The notes under the pieces: model-generated
Seen by the model: only the letters and a program-made list of their open reading frames with translations
The model's database searches: none
What the model was told of the DNA's origin: nothing
Assembly (NCBI RefSeq): GCF_009914755.1
Contig: NC_060931.1
DNA from: the human T2T-CHM13v2.0 reference genome, Homo sapiens
Length of the DNA: 64,000 nucleotides
Reading direction: 5' to 3' (one strand)
Shown here: in pieces, positions 61,565 through 64,000 of the stretch
Numbering within the stretch: position 1 is the stretch's first letter
Layout of the letters: each line of letters opens with the position of its first letter
Made by a program: the position numbers and the translations under genes

Positions 61565-63540
61565 GACAGAGCTCTTAAAACTCAACAAAAAAAAAACAAA
61601 CAACCTGTCTCACAAATGGGCAAAGAACTTGAAGCGGCATTTTTCCAAAGAATATAAGCAAGTGGTCAATAGAGTGAAAAAATGCCCAACCTCACTAATC
61701 ATTACAGAAATGCAAATCGAAAACAGATGAGATACCATCTCATATACATTAGGATGGCTACTATAAAAAAATCACAATGAAACAAAAGTAACAAGTGTTG
61801 ACAAGAATGCAGAAAAATTAGAACTCCCGTGCACTGTTAGTGGGAATGTAAAAGAGCATAGCCACTGTGGAAAACAGTATAGCAGTTCCTCAAAAAATTA
61901 AAAATAGAATTAGCATATGATCCAGCAATTCCACTTTTTAATATAAAATCAAAAGAATTGAAAGCAAGGTCTCAAAAAGATACTTGTACACCCATGTTCA
62001 TAGCAGCATTATTCACAACTGCTAAAACATGTAAGCAATCCAAGTGTCCACTGACAAATGAATGGATAAGCAAAATGTCGTACATACATACAATGCATCC
62101 CATTCAGCCTTAAAAAGGAAGGAAATTCTGGTATGAATGAATCTGATGGACATTATGCTAGACGAAATAAGCCAGTCACGAAAAGATGAATACTGTATGA
62201 TTCCAGTTGCATGAGATACCTAGAGTCATCACAATCAAACACAGAAAGTAGAATAGTGGTTGCTGTCAGAAGTGGGTAATTGGAAGTTATTAATGGTCAC
62301 AGAGTTTTAGTTTTATAAGATGAAAAGAGTTCTGGAGATAAATGGTGGTGACGGTTGCACAATAATAAGAATGTACTTAATACCACAGAACTGTACCCTT
62401 AAAATGCTTAAGATGGCAAATTTTATGTTATGTGTATTTGCTACAGAAGAATTAAAATTGAAAAATATAAATATGACTAAAATTAATAAAGCAAGTTAGA
62501 ATTTCCATGAGGCATTAAGAAAAAAATTAGATGATTATAGCAGCAAGATTGCCCAGGTAAATAATACGAAAAGGTAAGTCAGTGTATCAGGAAAGACAGA
62601 AGGGACTTTGCCTTGCATACAACATACTATGTTAATGTAATATTTGCAGCAACAGCTATGTTCCAGAAGACTTTCTAAAGTTCTGGAGTCTGGGGCAACA
62701 AAACAGTGAAGAACTGGTGCACCAACTTGGTATAGATGAAATCCAACAATTTTACAAACATTTACTAGTCAGATAATATAAACCTGGCACTATTCTAGGA
62801 CCCCCCCCCATATCTGCAAAGTATGGTAAAAATTGTTAATTCAAAGAAAAATTAAAATCTGTAATCACCAACCAAACAAATAAGAGTCGCGTCTAATTGA
62901 TACGATACTCTTCAAAAATAGTAACCAGTGAAAGAAACAAAATGCTGGAGTGAAGCAGAGAGGGTCATTACTGCCTGGCTCCACAGAGCCCCTTTCCTTC
63001 AAACCCCTCCATAACCCTCCAGAGGTTTTATTTTGAGTTGACAAAATTCTGAGAATTATCAATGATGTGACACATAGAGAAAAGAAAACTCAGTAGGCAG
63101 ATCATTATTTTCTTCCTAAATGCAATGGAGACAAGTGACGCCAGGGAAGAGCACTCTAGAGCTGACTCTTTAAGAATGGAAGGAGGCTCCCAGGCCACCC
63201 AGAGATCAAATTATAATGGGGTCTCCTGCAGGAGAAGTATAGACTCTCCAACCAGGGAATTAACATGGAACAAGGCATTGCACAAAAATCTCAGAGGAAA
63301 GAGCAGAGACAAGTTATTCAGACTGCAGGGCATCTTGGTCAAGTCCTGTGCTCCCTCTGTCACTCCCTCAGGCTAAGAAAGTAAAGCTGAACACAAAATT
63401 CTTAGCCCTCAGACGAGGGGAAATAAATCTCAGATATTGTTGGAACACAAGTAGTCACTCCCACTCTGTCTGCCCAGAGCCATGCAAACAACATCAAGAT
63501 GGAGAAAATGGCCCAGAGACTATGCAAATATATTAGATAC

Positions 63541-63958
63541 TGTATTAGTCAGAGTTTTCCAGAGAAACAGAACCAACAGGATGTGTGTGGAGAAAGAGGG
63601 ATTGATTTTAAGAAACTGGCTCACAAATTGTGGAGGCTGGCAAATCTAAAATGCACACAGCTGTCTGGCAGGCTGAAAATTCCAGCAAGAAGTTGATGTC
63701 TTCAGGTCTTAAGTCCCAAGGCAGTCTGGAAACAGAATTCCTTCATCCTCAAGGGACCTCAGTCTTTTTCTCTTAAGACCCTCAACTGATTGGATGAAGC
63801 CCACCCACATCATGGAAGGTAATGACTTTCCGCAAAGTCTACTGATTGAAATATTAATAACATCTAAAAAAAAACTTCACAAGAACATGTAGATGTATAT
63901 AATCAAATAATTCAGCATCATAGCCTAATCAAAGTGACATAAAAAATTAAGTATCACA
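63541..63958 (-). mobile_element. MLT2-family (HERVL) LTR
   Basis: tgtattagtcagagttttccagagaaacagaacc..gattggatgaagcccaccc..tgacataaaaaattaagtatcaca. Confidence 0.85.
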
Positions 63959-64000
63959 CACAAACATGAGGGTGCACATACACATATCCATCTAGAATAA

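Overview
Primate (human-like) non-coding genomic DNA, AT-rich and dominated by transposable elements. I find no intact cellular protein-coding gene; the ORF track consists of L1/Tigger/ERV/Alu fragments or chance ORFs. The left half has ERVL remnants, MER119, THE1, MIR/L2, full-length Tigger1 and Tigger4 (Zombi), a MER21 LTR with internal sequence, many Alus and a thymosin beta-4 processed pseudogene. From about 37.7 to 62.5 kb is a deeply nested L1 stack (L1MB > L1PA13-16-like > younger L1s and retrocopies). The most notable structure is a 10.4-kb insert (47836-58252) bounded by a 12-bp target-site duplication (TSD) and ending in poly(A). It looks like a retrotransposed, capped, spliced, THE1-LTR-initiated chimeric transcript carrying a spliced L1PB plus 3' flank. 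Also notable: an unidentified 3'UTR-like retrocopy and a non-repeat segment copied locally three times (once inverted, once into an L1). Repeat family names come from recalled consensus sequences, subfamily calls are approximate, and identities are by-eye estimates.
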